Notes under the pieces: generated by a model
What the model saw: the letters and a program-made list of their open reading frames with translations, nothing else
Databases searched by the model: none
Told to the model about the DNA's origin: nothing
Program-made: the position numbers and the translations under genes
Assembly (NCBI GenBank): GCA_965153455.1
Contig: OZ234494.1
Coordinates: 7,502,001 to 7,566,000 of the forward strand
From: Sphagnum compactum
Lineage: Eukaryota
DNA length: 64,000 bases
Direction: 5' to 3'
Shown: one piece after another, positions 52,801 to 64,000 of the stretch
Layout: every line of letters begins with the position of its first letter
How positions within the stretch are numbered: the first letter of the stretch is position 1

Positions 52801-53400
52801 AAGGACCCATGTGGTTGGACACACATGCCATGTTTCATCATCAAGGGGCACTTGATTAATGTAAAGCAACCAAGGCTCAAGTCAATTATTGCCATCCCAC
52901 ACATGGAAAAGCTTACCCTTCAAATGTGAAAGGGTTGGTTTTGTGTCCAAAAATGCTTCAAATTTGTCATCACAGATCTCCATGCAAAGCTCCAAGACAT
53001 TTTTTTCTCAAGCGTGACATTTTCAATTTCACCATGAATGTTTTTTAAAGAAACATAGAAAACTTGAAAACATGGACGATACCCAACATAGAACTCCTTC
53101 CTCATGTTAGCTATGTCAATTTGCAAGGCAGGTTTAACAACTTGTATTGGAACCATTCTGCGGAAAGGGATGTCCATGATCCCATTTTCAATGAGGATGT
53201 TCTTAAAGAAAGTATGAACATTATTCACATTTTCACACTGGCAAGCTTGTTGAACATCAAGAGTGGGTGAAGGCGTTTCAAATATGTTTTCCATGATGTT
53301 GAGCATATCATGGGACCAAGTTCCAAAACCACTTTCTTTTGAAATAGGGTCCAAAGGAATGTTTACATGGGGTGCCAACTGTCCAGTATCCTACAAAAAT
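49890..53400 (-). pseudogene. Decayed multi-exon gene: ParB-like domain plus C-terminal beta-class N6A/N4C DNA methyltransferase-like domain
   Basis: LFHVWDGNN*LEPW at about 52870-52910 (ParB-like DG.HR motif; Arg codon now TGA). VNMICVDCLDG...PEWN...ADFFLEDNGCIIF at about 50580-50730 (degenerate motif IV region). WRREQDHNPTIMQVILKTCSPPNSCVLDLIVGTG, intron, STLLVAMEFV*HVFGFEGD at about 49935-50190 (SAM-binding motifs I-II). AT-rich intron-like spacers separate the blocks. Confidence 0.7.
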
Positions 53401-53639
53401 GTAACAAACAAAACCATAATTGAATAATCACACCCTATGTTTTGTAGATGTGAAGCAAAACTAGACCAGATATAATTTTGCAAGTGATGAAATATGAACC
53501 AAAAATAAGATGGAAAGCCAAAGGAAACAAATAAAATAAATTTTCGCTTGTGTAATTAAACAATGTCCCAAAAATAATACTTTGGGAAAGTTATGAAAAA
53601 TAAACTAGATCTAATTTCACAAGTGAAACTATTAGATGT

Positions 53640-54030
53640 GTGAAACTACACAATATAGTTTTGCAAGTTTTGCAAGCGAAATCACCATATTTACAAAACT
53701 ATTAGATCAAGTTTTGTTTACAAACCACTATGGGATTCAGTTTTGCAAGCAAGCATTAGGTCCATGGAACTTCCGGATTTGATTTCATAAGCGAAACATT
53801 AAGTCCACTGAACTTCTAGATCTAGTTTTGCAAGTGAAACATTAGGTCTGTGGAACTTTTGGATCTAGTTTTGCAAGCAAAACAATAGGTCCAAGGAAAT
53901 TCCGAATATTGTTTTGTGAGTGAAACAGTAGGTCCACAAAATTTTGAATCCAATTCCGTAAGCAAAACTACTAGCATGTCCACAGAACTTTCAAATCTAA
54001 TGAAACTCATGAAACCAATTTCACTTACAA
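53640..54030. repeat. Tandem array of about 43-bp units
   Basis: tctagttttgcaagtgaaacattaggtc..tggaactt..gga at 53821 and 53864, with diverged copies at about 53737, 53780, 53907 and 53949. Confidence 0.75.
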
Positions 54031-54659
54031 AACCATAGTTGAAAAACATATTCATGGAAAGAAAGGAGAAGGAAAAAATGTTATGCATGGCCAAACCACT
54101 CTTTGGAAGCATCCTTGCTTTTATCCATTGTTTTGGAGTTGTGAAATACAATGATTGTTGGTGCTTCCGTTGCTTCCTTGAGGTATCAAGAGCTCCACAA
54201 CAACCTAAAGTAGGTTTTAAAACATCAAGGAAGTGAGGCAAGAAGAAGTTGGGAAGAGGGGGCTAGACATAGTGGTTGACAACTTAATATGGGGTTAGGG
54301 CTTAAGGCTAGAAAGAGAAGGGGAAAAAGTCAATAGGTAGCAAAGTGGATGTTATTGTTACATTTGTGATAAAGTGCCTTCATGGTTAGCTTCTTCCTCT
54401 TCCCCCCCAAAGAGGTCGTGAATTCAAACCCATTTTTTACAAAGCCTGAGGCACGTAGGTTGAGGGGAAAGGGGGGAAAAGGGCAAAGCCTAAAGCCAAG
54501 GCCTTTAAAAGGCCAAATTGGCCAAATCTAATTTTTTTTAAAAAATAATTTTTGTTATGTTTATATTTATATTTCCATATTAATTTCCTCTATTATAATT
54601 TTTTCTATTAAATCATAATCTTCTATGTCTATATAATATGTATCCAATTTAAACCAAAT

Positions 54660-55420
54660 ATAAGCCAAATATGAAATTTGATTATTTAAATTTTTTTATT
54701 TATTTTACCCATTTTGGCTTTATTTAAATTTTTTTCCCCATGCATATATAATATATGTGGAATCTAAAACAAAATATAAACCAAATCTAAAATCTGATTT
54801 GTAAACAAAAATTCTTCCATTTTGGCATTCTTGTCCTTAAAATTATAATTGTCCTTGTGCCTCCCTAATATGTGTACAATGTAAAGCAAAATTTAGCCCA
54901 AATCTGAAATCTGATTTTTTACTTCATTTCATCCCTTTCGGCATTCTCGTCTTTAAAATTATAATGATCTTTGTGCCTACCTAATATGTGCACAATATAA
55001 AGCAAAATTTAACCCAATTTTGAAATCTGATTTTTTATTTCATTTTATCCATTTCAATGTTCTTGTCTTTAAAATTATAATGATCCTTGTGCCTACCTAA
55101 TATGTGTACAATATAAAACAAGCTTTAACCCAAATCTGAAATCTAAATTTTTACTTCATTTCATCCATTTTGGCATTCTTATAATTAAAATTATAATGGT
55201 CCTTGTGCCTACATAAATAATATAAAACAAACATCAACCCAAATCTGAAATCTGAATTTTTATTTCATTTCATTGTTTTTTGTTTGGCATCTTATTTTTC
55301 AAGCCTTCATGATCTGTGACTATGTAATATATATGCAATTTATAACAAAATACAACCCACATCTGAAATCTAATTTTATATTGATTTTTCCTTCCATTTT
55401 GGCATTCTTGTCATTATGAT
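54660..55420. repeat. About 117-bp tandem repeats inside the left TIR
   Basis: aatctgaaatctga.ttttt.cttcattt...ggcattct..tctttaaaattataatg.tccttgtgcct.cctaatatgtg.acaat.taaa recurs at about 54785, 54901, 55018, 55133, 55243 and 55361; fewer inverted copies in the right TIR. Confidence 0.8.
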
Positions 55421-56882
55421 TGTAATCGTCCATGATTGTATAACATATTCACAATTGGAAAAAAAAAACGATTTAATGGCCAAAATTATTTCACAAATTT
55501 GCATTTCGGCACAAATTTAAACCAAAAACCACTTTGTAATACCTATGAAACAAACTTTTGAAATTTTATTATATATTTTTGCGAAAATTCCAACGACCCA
55601 TTTGAAACGGAATTTTTTTAATGGGTGGATAATATAAGAATTTTAGTTCATTCATTAATACGAAAGATATTTAAGCATTGTCATAAGGATGGCATAAATT
55701 TTTGGTGGCATTTTGGTGTTAATATTCACACATACATTGTTGGAATAAGGTTTGGAATCATTAATTTGCTAAAACTAATAAAATATGATAGCCTCTTAAA
55801 TGAGATCTAGAGCTCTTGCTTCCTTTCACATTAATGTGTAAATCTCGAATCTTATTTGTTTGTCCGTTAATAAAATATCTCTTCTAAAATTTGACATTTT
55901 TCCTTTTACTAAAGATGGCCACAATCCCAACATCTTGAATGTTTATTCTAGAATCCATTTTTTGGCATTTCTTTCAACAACCAAAGTTCCAAAGCTCATA
56001 ATTTAAGTCTTCAACAACAAAATGGTTTCTTGGAACACCAGTTTATAATTTTAAACTTAATTAATTCAAAAAAAGTTGTTAATTAATGATGTTTAAACAA
56101 AGGGTTTCAATTTATGACTTTTCTTTGCATTCACCTAATTTTGGTGGTGTGTTATACATATGTAGTAGATGCATTCATGTGTGGGTGGTTAAGGGTTTTG
56201 CAAATTTCTTTTGTGTGTGGATAAGTGTTTTGTAAATTTCTTTTGAATGTGGGGATCAATGTTGTGTGTGCAGATCAATGTTGTGTAGATTTCTTTTATG
56301 TGTGCAAATCAGTGTTCACATTTTATTTTATTTTTGTTGGTCAATACTTCTTCCATCAATCTCACACTTTCACAATTTTTTCTACTCCATGCTTTACATT
56401 AAACACCATGGATGTTGAAATCTTCCCTAAAAATGGGCTGATTCCATTGGTCTATGTGTGAAAGATGCGATAGTTGTTGTCCATGATTTGACCTTTTCAA
56501 CTTCAAACTTCAAATTAACTCCATTCTCCTTGAAAAAATAGTTTTGAATTCTAGGGGGGAAGTAACATGAGCCATTTTGCAAGAGCCCATTGAGAATTTT
56601 ATAGGAAGAGAATGGCACCTTTCACCAAGAAGGTACCAAGTTCTTGGAAAAGAAAGGGATAAGTCTTAACCCCAATTGGATGCAAATGTCAAAATAGAAC
56701 CAGTGATCCTTGAGTTGAGTGATTCTACAAATCGAGATGTACAAGAGGTTTCAAATCTTGGTTTGACATTATTAATGTCACATCAAACTCCTTCACAGAT
56801 GTTAGACACTAACATTCAAGAGATTTCAAATGTTGTTGCATGTTTAAAATGATTAGCATTTGCAGAGGTTCTTAAAAGCGAA

Positions 56883-59800
56883 TTGCGACATTTGAATTAT
56901 GATGCCATCTCCAAGATGATAATGCAATATCTACCTTCCAAGTTTGATGGAGATGTCATGTTCGAGTTGCCACCAACAAAACATTTTAATGGCTTGGCAA
57001 GTTTAATGCAAGGCATGGACAAGAAATATGACATTCAACCCTGGTGTAAAGTAAAGATTACAAACATCAAGAATGGCGATGGTTTGACATTTAGACGATC
57101 ATCATGTGTTGGCCATGTGTCTTGCCAAAACTTACAATGTGATTATTACGTTAGGAACAATGTTTGCAATGAAATTGATTGGGAGGGAGTTGCAAAAAAT
57201 CCATTGGAAGAAGGAGAACAACATATTGCCGATATAACCTTTGTTTGCAAACACTATAAGTTTGCACCAATTTACATTGCAAGGTGTTTGGCTAGAATGT
57301 ACTATGTCTTGCTCCGTTCCAAAACCATGACACGAGCTTACATCCATCTTGGGACCCATGAACATCCTATTGCTACAGGCCTTTTAAGAGAGAGTAAGGA
57401 TATGGCATGTGATTTCATAAAACAAGAGTATGAGAAGACGCCGACTACCACCCCTTCAACCATCGCCATGTCGGCCAGTAAAGTATTTCTTGGGCCTAAG
57501 CTTATTGGGCCTAGCAATGGATCATAATCCAAGTTGCAAGGGGAGGAATTTGATTTGTTATTGGAAGAGTTTTCCCCTTTGAGCTCTCTAAACATTTGAA
57601 ACCAAGTGAACAATTTTAAGCTTGGTAATGGTGGCAAAGGTTCCATTAATTGAATCTTAGAGCTCAAAAGGCGACACCATTATGTTTACATCTAGGATAA
57701 CATTTTCTTTATGCAAAGTAGTCCTAAGAGCTTCTTGTTCAAGATTTCCACTCATGGTCTTGTTAGTGGTGTTGACACTATGAGGCATATGCAACTGGGA
57801 AGGGATTTGGAAGGAACGTGGTTGATGTTCGACCATTGCAAATGTGTACAACACTGGACAACCATGCGTTGCCATGTTCATGATCCTTTTTATTGTCGAA
57901 TCAACCATTGCGATTTGTGACATGCAATATGAAGATGTGGATTCATAAATTTTAATGTGGAAATGCACTTGTTAAGGTCATGAAAAAACATGGTGTGCAA
58001 AATGTCAATTTCAAGGGATTCATGGCAAATTGTGTTCTTGAACAAATTTCAACACAATTAGAACCTTGTTTGGAAGTGGTGACCCAAAGCTTCCAATGGA
58101 GAATCAAGAGTGGACATGTCTTTATCATTGGCCCGATCTCTTGATTGACGTATGAAGAAACTAATCCGTCTTGAATTTCGTGCTAACCACATACAAATAT
58201 GTCACATGATTACAAGAATGCCACAACATTAACTTTTGCATAAACAAAATACCAAGCAATTTGTGTTTGGTGTTGCATCCCAAAAGAACATTCATGAATT
58301 GAATGATCGGCTTACATTTTGGCATTTTTGTTATTTATAAAATGGGGACAATATGTCATAACAGTGAATTCCACTTCTTAGTTTTTTAATCCTTTCATCA
58401 CACATTTTTTTATCCAATATTCCCATGTCAAAATATTTTTTATGGTGCATCTAGATATAACTTGTAAATTTTCTTCTTGTAGACCATGGACTTGAAAGAT
58501 GATGCTAACATGCCAATTTGTAATTAGGCAAAAATTATGCATCATGCATGGTCAGTGCAATTTGGCAAAAAAAATGTTGATTTTTATGATACAACAATTG
58601 ATGACCTCATTCGAGCACTTGTCCAAAAATCAAGGTATAAGGATTATTTCATGGGAAGAAGTATAAAACATGGTCCAGACAATGATGAACTACATTTGCG
58701 AACAACAAACTGATCAGGGGATCCTTGCAAGATGGTAGAGGCCCTTAATCACATTGCATTTTCTTCTTCCTTTCAAAATAAAATGGTTGTGCTTGAAGGG
58801 GAAAAAAGGTTTGGGACTTGTCAGCGGAAATTGGGAACTCCACTAGGGTTTGTTGGAGATTCACATCAAAGTGATAGAGATAATTTTCTATGTCCCTCGT
58901 TGTCGTGCATCAAGGCCTTTTGATTCTTCACGACATGTTACCCATCTTCGTAATTCAAATCTACTACAAACAATGCATTGCTAAAGGAATTCCATCTACA
59001 TCACAAGAAGTTGTGGAAACAAATTGCATTCAAGTGAGATGGCATATTGAATGCACAAGACCAAGATCCAGGGTGCAATGTACCTCAATTCATGTGTTTT
59101 ATGGGAAGAAATGCAAGGCATTCATTGCAAAGGGGAAGAACGGGATTCTAGTCTTGACATATTCAAGTTTATTTTGACCTAAAGCTTGTGTGGAATCACA
59201 AGATCATAAGTTTTGGTTTTGTGCAGATGACATCCATAGATGTGTGGAAGGTGCAGTCCAACCATCTATCTTCGAACATCCATCCTTGCCCACTTTATGG
59301 CTAGTCGTGTCAAGCACAGATCTCACAACTAGTGAAATTGTGTGCCTTGAGGAAATTGGTTTTTGTCTACCAAGACATTCATTCCCACCTAAAGATATTT
59401 TTGGGAGTATGCCATTTGAAGGAGGTGATGATGAACACCAAGAACCTCCACTTGGGGCTGGGCAAGCCCCATCAAAATGTGATGGGAAGTTAGTTTGACA
59501 AAGTGAACCAGGTGAACTTCATGATTACAAATGGGAGTCAACTAACCTAATGGATTGACATTAATTTTTGCATCACATTGACATACCTCCACTTGGGATT
59601 AAATAAGTGTACATGATGTCAACAACAAGTTCCATGCTACATGGCAATGTTTATGATGTCACAATCGGACGTTACCCTGCTTGTACTTGCATTGATTTTG
59701 TTTCTATGTTGTCAACTTTTATCAAAAAGAAAGGAAAGTATGTCCCATGCAAATGTTTGTATTTCATCTTTGCCAAAATGATGTCATGTGATTCAAAAGT

Positions 59801-59891
59801 TGATATCTTCATCCACCAACCAACATTGAGTTGGAATGAGGTTTATTGTTCGTTGCAGAAAGATAAACTAAGAATTTTTATTAGCATGTGA
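56883..59891 (+). pseudogene. MULE-type transposase pseudogene (GCM/WRKY-like Zn domain, DDE core, C-terminal SWIM finger)
   Basis: CVGHVSCQNLQC...C...YIHLGTHEHP (GCM-like); WLMFDHCKCVQHWTTMRCHVHD; NFKGFMAN; TCLYHW (MULE CxxH); YDVTIGRYPACTCIDF...PCKCLY (SWIM CxC..CxH, His lost); numerous stops. Confidence 0.78.
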
Positions 59892-61871
59892 TGGGTATTT
59901 TTATGGCAAAACTATGTTACCGGAAACCTTTTACGTATATATCAAGTGTTATCAATTTTATTTTGTACCTCATTGCCCATAAATTCTATCATAGACAAAA
60001 GTTTCCACTTCAAAAGTGTTAAAGGATAGGTCCTACCTTAGTTTATTTAGGGTGCACCTTGATAATTATAGAATTACCAGTAGTAGGTGAAACCTACAAC
60101 CTCTAGATTGATATAAAAAATGATGCCAACTAACTTACCTAAGGTTTGAATATAAGATTGTGACCATAAGTGTAGGAAGGAGGAAGGGGGAACACTTGGT
60201 TTAAGGTGAAAGGGAATACTCTTTCATCCATTGTATCTTGGTTTTGTATTTCAATGGTAATCATAATGTAATGAAAAGGCAAATTGTGTATGGAATATGT
60301 CTGTTTGCTTTTGGGTGCGATTGTCCTGCTTCAAGTAGGAATTACAGACAATTGTGTGCAAGTTTTTAGTATGAAATTAAATACTAATATGTATGATGTT
60401 AAATACCACACTATAACCCCAAGCTGGCATGGGTACAATTGTTGCAAAAGGAGGTTGTAATGAATATTCCATCCTTAAAGGAAATACCATAGCTTTCCAA
60501 GTAAGAAAGGGTTACAAAACTTGACGGAATTTCGCCTTCACTAAGTGATTGGTGTTGGTTATTTTATAAGCTAGAGAATGCAAATGACCCCACTTAATTT
60601 TGTTTGTTTGTTTTTAAAAAAAAACCATAGATCATGAAGGTTTGAAAAACAAGATGCCAAACAAAAATGAAGTAAAAAATCAGATTTCAGATTTGGGTTA
60701 ATGTTTGCTTTACATTGTACGCATATTAGGGAGGCACAAGGACCATTATAATTTTAAAGACAAGAATGCCAAAATGGAAGATTTTTTTAAAATCAGATTT
60801 TAAATTTGATTTATATATATATTTAGATTCCACATATATTGTATATGTATGGACCATTATGATTTAAAAAACAAATAATGCCAAAATGGGCAAAATAAAT
60901 AAACAAATTAAAAAAATCAGATTTCATATTTGGCCTATATTTTGTTTTAGATTGCATATATATTATATAGGCATAGAAGATTATATTTTAGAACAAGAAT
61001 GTTAAAAGAGGAAATTTTTAGAAAAACTCAAATTTGGCCAATTTGGCCTTTTAAAGGCCTTGGCCTTAGGCTTTGCCCTTTGCCCCCCTCTCCTCCCAAC
61101 CTGCATGCCTTAGGCTTTTCTTAAGATGGGTTTGAATTCATGACCCTTGGGGGGAAGAGGAAAAAGCTAACCACTAAATCACTTTATCACACGTGTAACA
61201 ATAACGTCCACTTTGCTAACATTTTGGGATCAATAGATTAAATATGGATGAATGTGAATGAATGTGGATGAAAATATTTGATGAATGTAATGGATGATGA
61301 AAGATGAAATAATATCAAACCATGAACCTATGTTTATCTCATGGCTCATGACCTAGTTGCACTTGAGATTTGACACCTTCATTGTACTTAGGACAATATA
61401 TGATCTTATGTCCAATGTCACCACAAATATGATAAGAATATCTCACAGGTCTCTATACTTTGATTTGTTGAGTAATAACCTTAGAGATTGCAGGAGCAAA
61501 GTTTTTCTTTCTTTTGACTTTACAGGTCTCAACATTATGATTTGTCTTATGACAATTTGTACAATACATTCTTATTATCTCTAAAACTGTTTGAGGTTTT
61601 TGAGCTAATATTGTCTTACTACTATATGGTATTTACATATTGCTTATAGTCTATACTTCAAAATTCTTTCTAAATAAACCAAAGCTGTTGCAGAGTTTCT
61701 CTCTTCATACTTATTGTTGATACTCGCAGATATGATTGTAATCCAGATCTGAAAACAATAGTTAAGAAACTACCTATTGTCTTGTGTTGAAGACTATTGG
61801 CTAACTTCAATAATCTCTCATAATAGAAAGGGAGGCAGGCAGACAAATGCACACATATTCTGCCCACCTTT

Positions 61872-62440
61872 TCAGCTGCTCCATCTAATTTTCTCTCCCT
61901 GCCCTCCACCCAATTTCTTAAATACAAATTTTTGTGGAGGCTTACCGTCCACTCCTGGCTTCTTGCAAGCTGCTGACTTCGGTATGGGTGGAGTCTTACT
62001 GACTTGAGAAGAGTTGCCTGCAAATGGAGGAACCTGTCTGTCTGGATAAGGAGGAGCATCACGTTCTTTAGTATCCACCCACCGAATCAATGGGAATACC
62101 ATTCTCCATGCCTCCAACAGTGCCACAAGCCTTGGCAGTTTTGCCACAAATCATTAAACATCGCTCAAACCATGGCGGTTTGCATTGACCTGCGCCGGAT
62201 TCTCCATGCTCCTGTTTCAACTGATTAAATCTCTTCCGCATTATGTGTACTTTGGACTGAACTTGAGCCCAAGTGCGTGAGGGGTCAATAGAAATGCCTC
62301 CTCAATCCTCAATAAAATTTCTTGCCACTGCTGCTGTGTCATGCTATTGGCAAGAAACTTCTCCTCAAACAAATCCATCAACAATCCATCAACAATGCTG
62401 TAGAATCATCTTTCCAATCTCTCTTGGATTTGGGTGGAGC
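61872..62440 (-). pseudogene. Trihelix / Myb-SANT-like DNA-binding protein pseudogene (possibly a Harbinger ORF2 relic)
   Basis: Correcting an 11-bp duplication (62373-62394) and one 1-nt shift gives KRDWKDDSTALLMDLFEEKF...QQQWQEILLRIEEAF.IDPSRTWAQVQSKVHIMRKRFNQLKQE...PPWFERCLMICG, the W..W..RT..Q...K...L.K.Y...W.F pattern of Myb/SANT-like trihelix domains. Confidence 0.72.
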
Positions 62441-64000
62441 TGGAGGTGCTGTGTGAGGCACAATGAACAAGGGAAGTGAAGAGCTTGAACCCATCATCAT
62501 CTGGGACAAGAAACTTGGCTCTGAGACGGTTCCATGGTGAGAAAGACAGAAGAAAATGTGATTCAAAGAATTTTTTTGAGAAACACATTGCCTGTATTGT
62601 GTGCAGTGAGCAAATGGCTATGGAATGCGGGCAGGTGAGCACGGGTGAGCACGACGGTGAACGGTGAAACTCGTGAGAGACACGGGCAGAGTGCTAAACG
62701 GAGCGCCTCAGTTCGTGGGCAGGCCGGAAGGGGAGCTACAGTGCCAGGCAGACGTGCCAGGTGCGGCCGAGCAGAACGTGGGGATTTTCTGCCTGCCAGA
62801 TTTTGTGGCTGATCGCGGGCAGATCTGCTTCTCGCGCGGCAGTCTGCTGCGCTGCTTCTTCATGTGCGCGACAGAGGGTCAGGATTCTCACACAGAAACA
62901 ACAACCGATCTCCAATTTTTTCCAAAGGCCAGGAAGGAAGAGTAGGTGCTTCTTCATCAACCATGTCGGCCTCCAAGGTTGCTGTTTTCTGGAACCATCC
63001 AGCAGGACCCAAAACCAGTGAGCCCCTTTTGTCGTCCATGGCTCTCTGTCCGTCAGTTCCTCGGCGTGGTGTTGCCCTAAGTTTCTGTGTTGTGCTGTGT
63101 TGTCTTGAATTCTATTGGAGGGTGTTTGATGCGTTTGGCTTGCGGTTTTGGCGAGAACCGCAGTTGCTTTGACTCTTTCTTCTACCCTCTTTCCTGGAAG
63201 CTGTAACCTAGTCTTTTACGGTTTGAGCCCCCTTTGTAAGATCGCGTGAGGAAAATCTAAGCAGAAAAGATGAAAAGATGTGATGAAAGGATGAAACACT
63301 TGGATCATATTTTTGACATTCTTAATGAAAGAAGATTGCTTTGGCAACAAGTGAGCCACCGGCATCGGTACACCCTACAGCTTCTCATATGAGCAAATGT
63401 GAAGCAGCTATGCTAGCTGGGAAGAGGGAAGAATCTTGCTGTATGTGCCACTCAAGTTGATACGGTCTTTTTGTGTGTTTGTTCAATCTTCTTTGGAATG
63501 GACCAAAAGAACCAAAACCCTGCACCTGTAGAATGGAGAGTAACTTGTGGAGAGGAACTTTTGATACTGTTGTATTACCAAAAGTTTGCTGTGACTAACT
63601 CTTCATGAAAGCAACTGGTTGCTTCTTCAATGTCAACTCGTATGAGCTTATTATCTTGTAATTTTTTTTAGGTTGAGAATGAGAGAGGGATGAGGTTGGG
63701 TTGCAACAAGGAATGGTGTTCATATGTTTTCTCTTTTCCTTTTCATTGTGATGTGCAGTTCATTTCTGGGCTCCAACTTTCAAGTGGGGAATTTCTATTG
63801 CCAATGTTGCTGACTTCTCCAAGCCACCTGACAAGATCTCATACCCTCAGCAAATTGGTATGTAAGATTTAACCCTCAAAAGTGTAGGGCTATTTCCATG
63901 GTTTTGAGGTTCCAGGAGTCCCTCAGAAACATTTGCACTTGCTAAATATAGTAGTAGACCACAAGATGTGCATTGAATGGTGAAGATTTGCAACTTTTGA

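Larger units (their letters stand above)
54338..61218 (+). mobile_element. Mutator-like (MULE) DNA transposon with long, internally repetitive TIRs
   Basis: Left end TAGCAAAGTGGATGTTATTGTTACA... matches the reverse complement of the right end ...TGTAACAATAACGTCCACTTTGCTA. Homology extends about 600 bp (60620-61218 versus 54338-55330). Encloses a MULE-type transposase relic. No clean TSD seen. Confidence 0.8.

Noticed and set aside
53640-55420. Regularly spaced repeats resembling a CRISPR array
   Set aside because: Units are contiguous tandem repeats without unique spacers, there are no cas genes, and the context is eukaryotic.
63672-63870. Possible exons near the window end
   Set aside because: Splice-like sites are present but there is no recognizable protein similarity or consistent frame.

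Overview
Eukaryotic, AT-rich plant genomic DNA with spliceosomal introns. The repeat landscape looks bryophyte-like (reminiscent of Sphagnum; this is inference only). Three apparently intact intron-containing genes: a 5'-partial ABCB/TAP-like half ABC transporter (436-4019, +), a caleosin/peroxygenase (16121-13409, -; one GC-AG intron, ABRE+RY promoter) and a TMEM230-like gene (42553-43001, +). Most of the rest is nested, decayed transposon DNA: a full-length hAT element with TIRs and an 8-bp TSD, a solo LTR with a 5-bp TSD, stacked Tourist-type MITEs, a copia RNase H fragment, a MULE-like element with long internally repetitive TIRs, and a trihelix/Myb-SANT pseudogene. The most unusual signal is a decayed, intron-containing gene (about 49900-53400, -) with a ParB-like motif fused to a prokaryote-type beta-class N6A/N4C DNA methyltransferase domain, lying head-to-head with the MULE transposase. 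A weaker second ParB/MTase-like relic sits beside FCP1-phosphatase and F-box relics at about 22-32 kb. This suggests transposons carrying epigenetic or regulatory cargo. All calls come from manual reading and translation; no searches were run.
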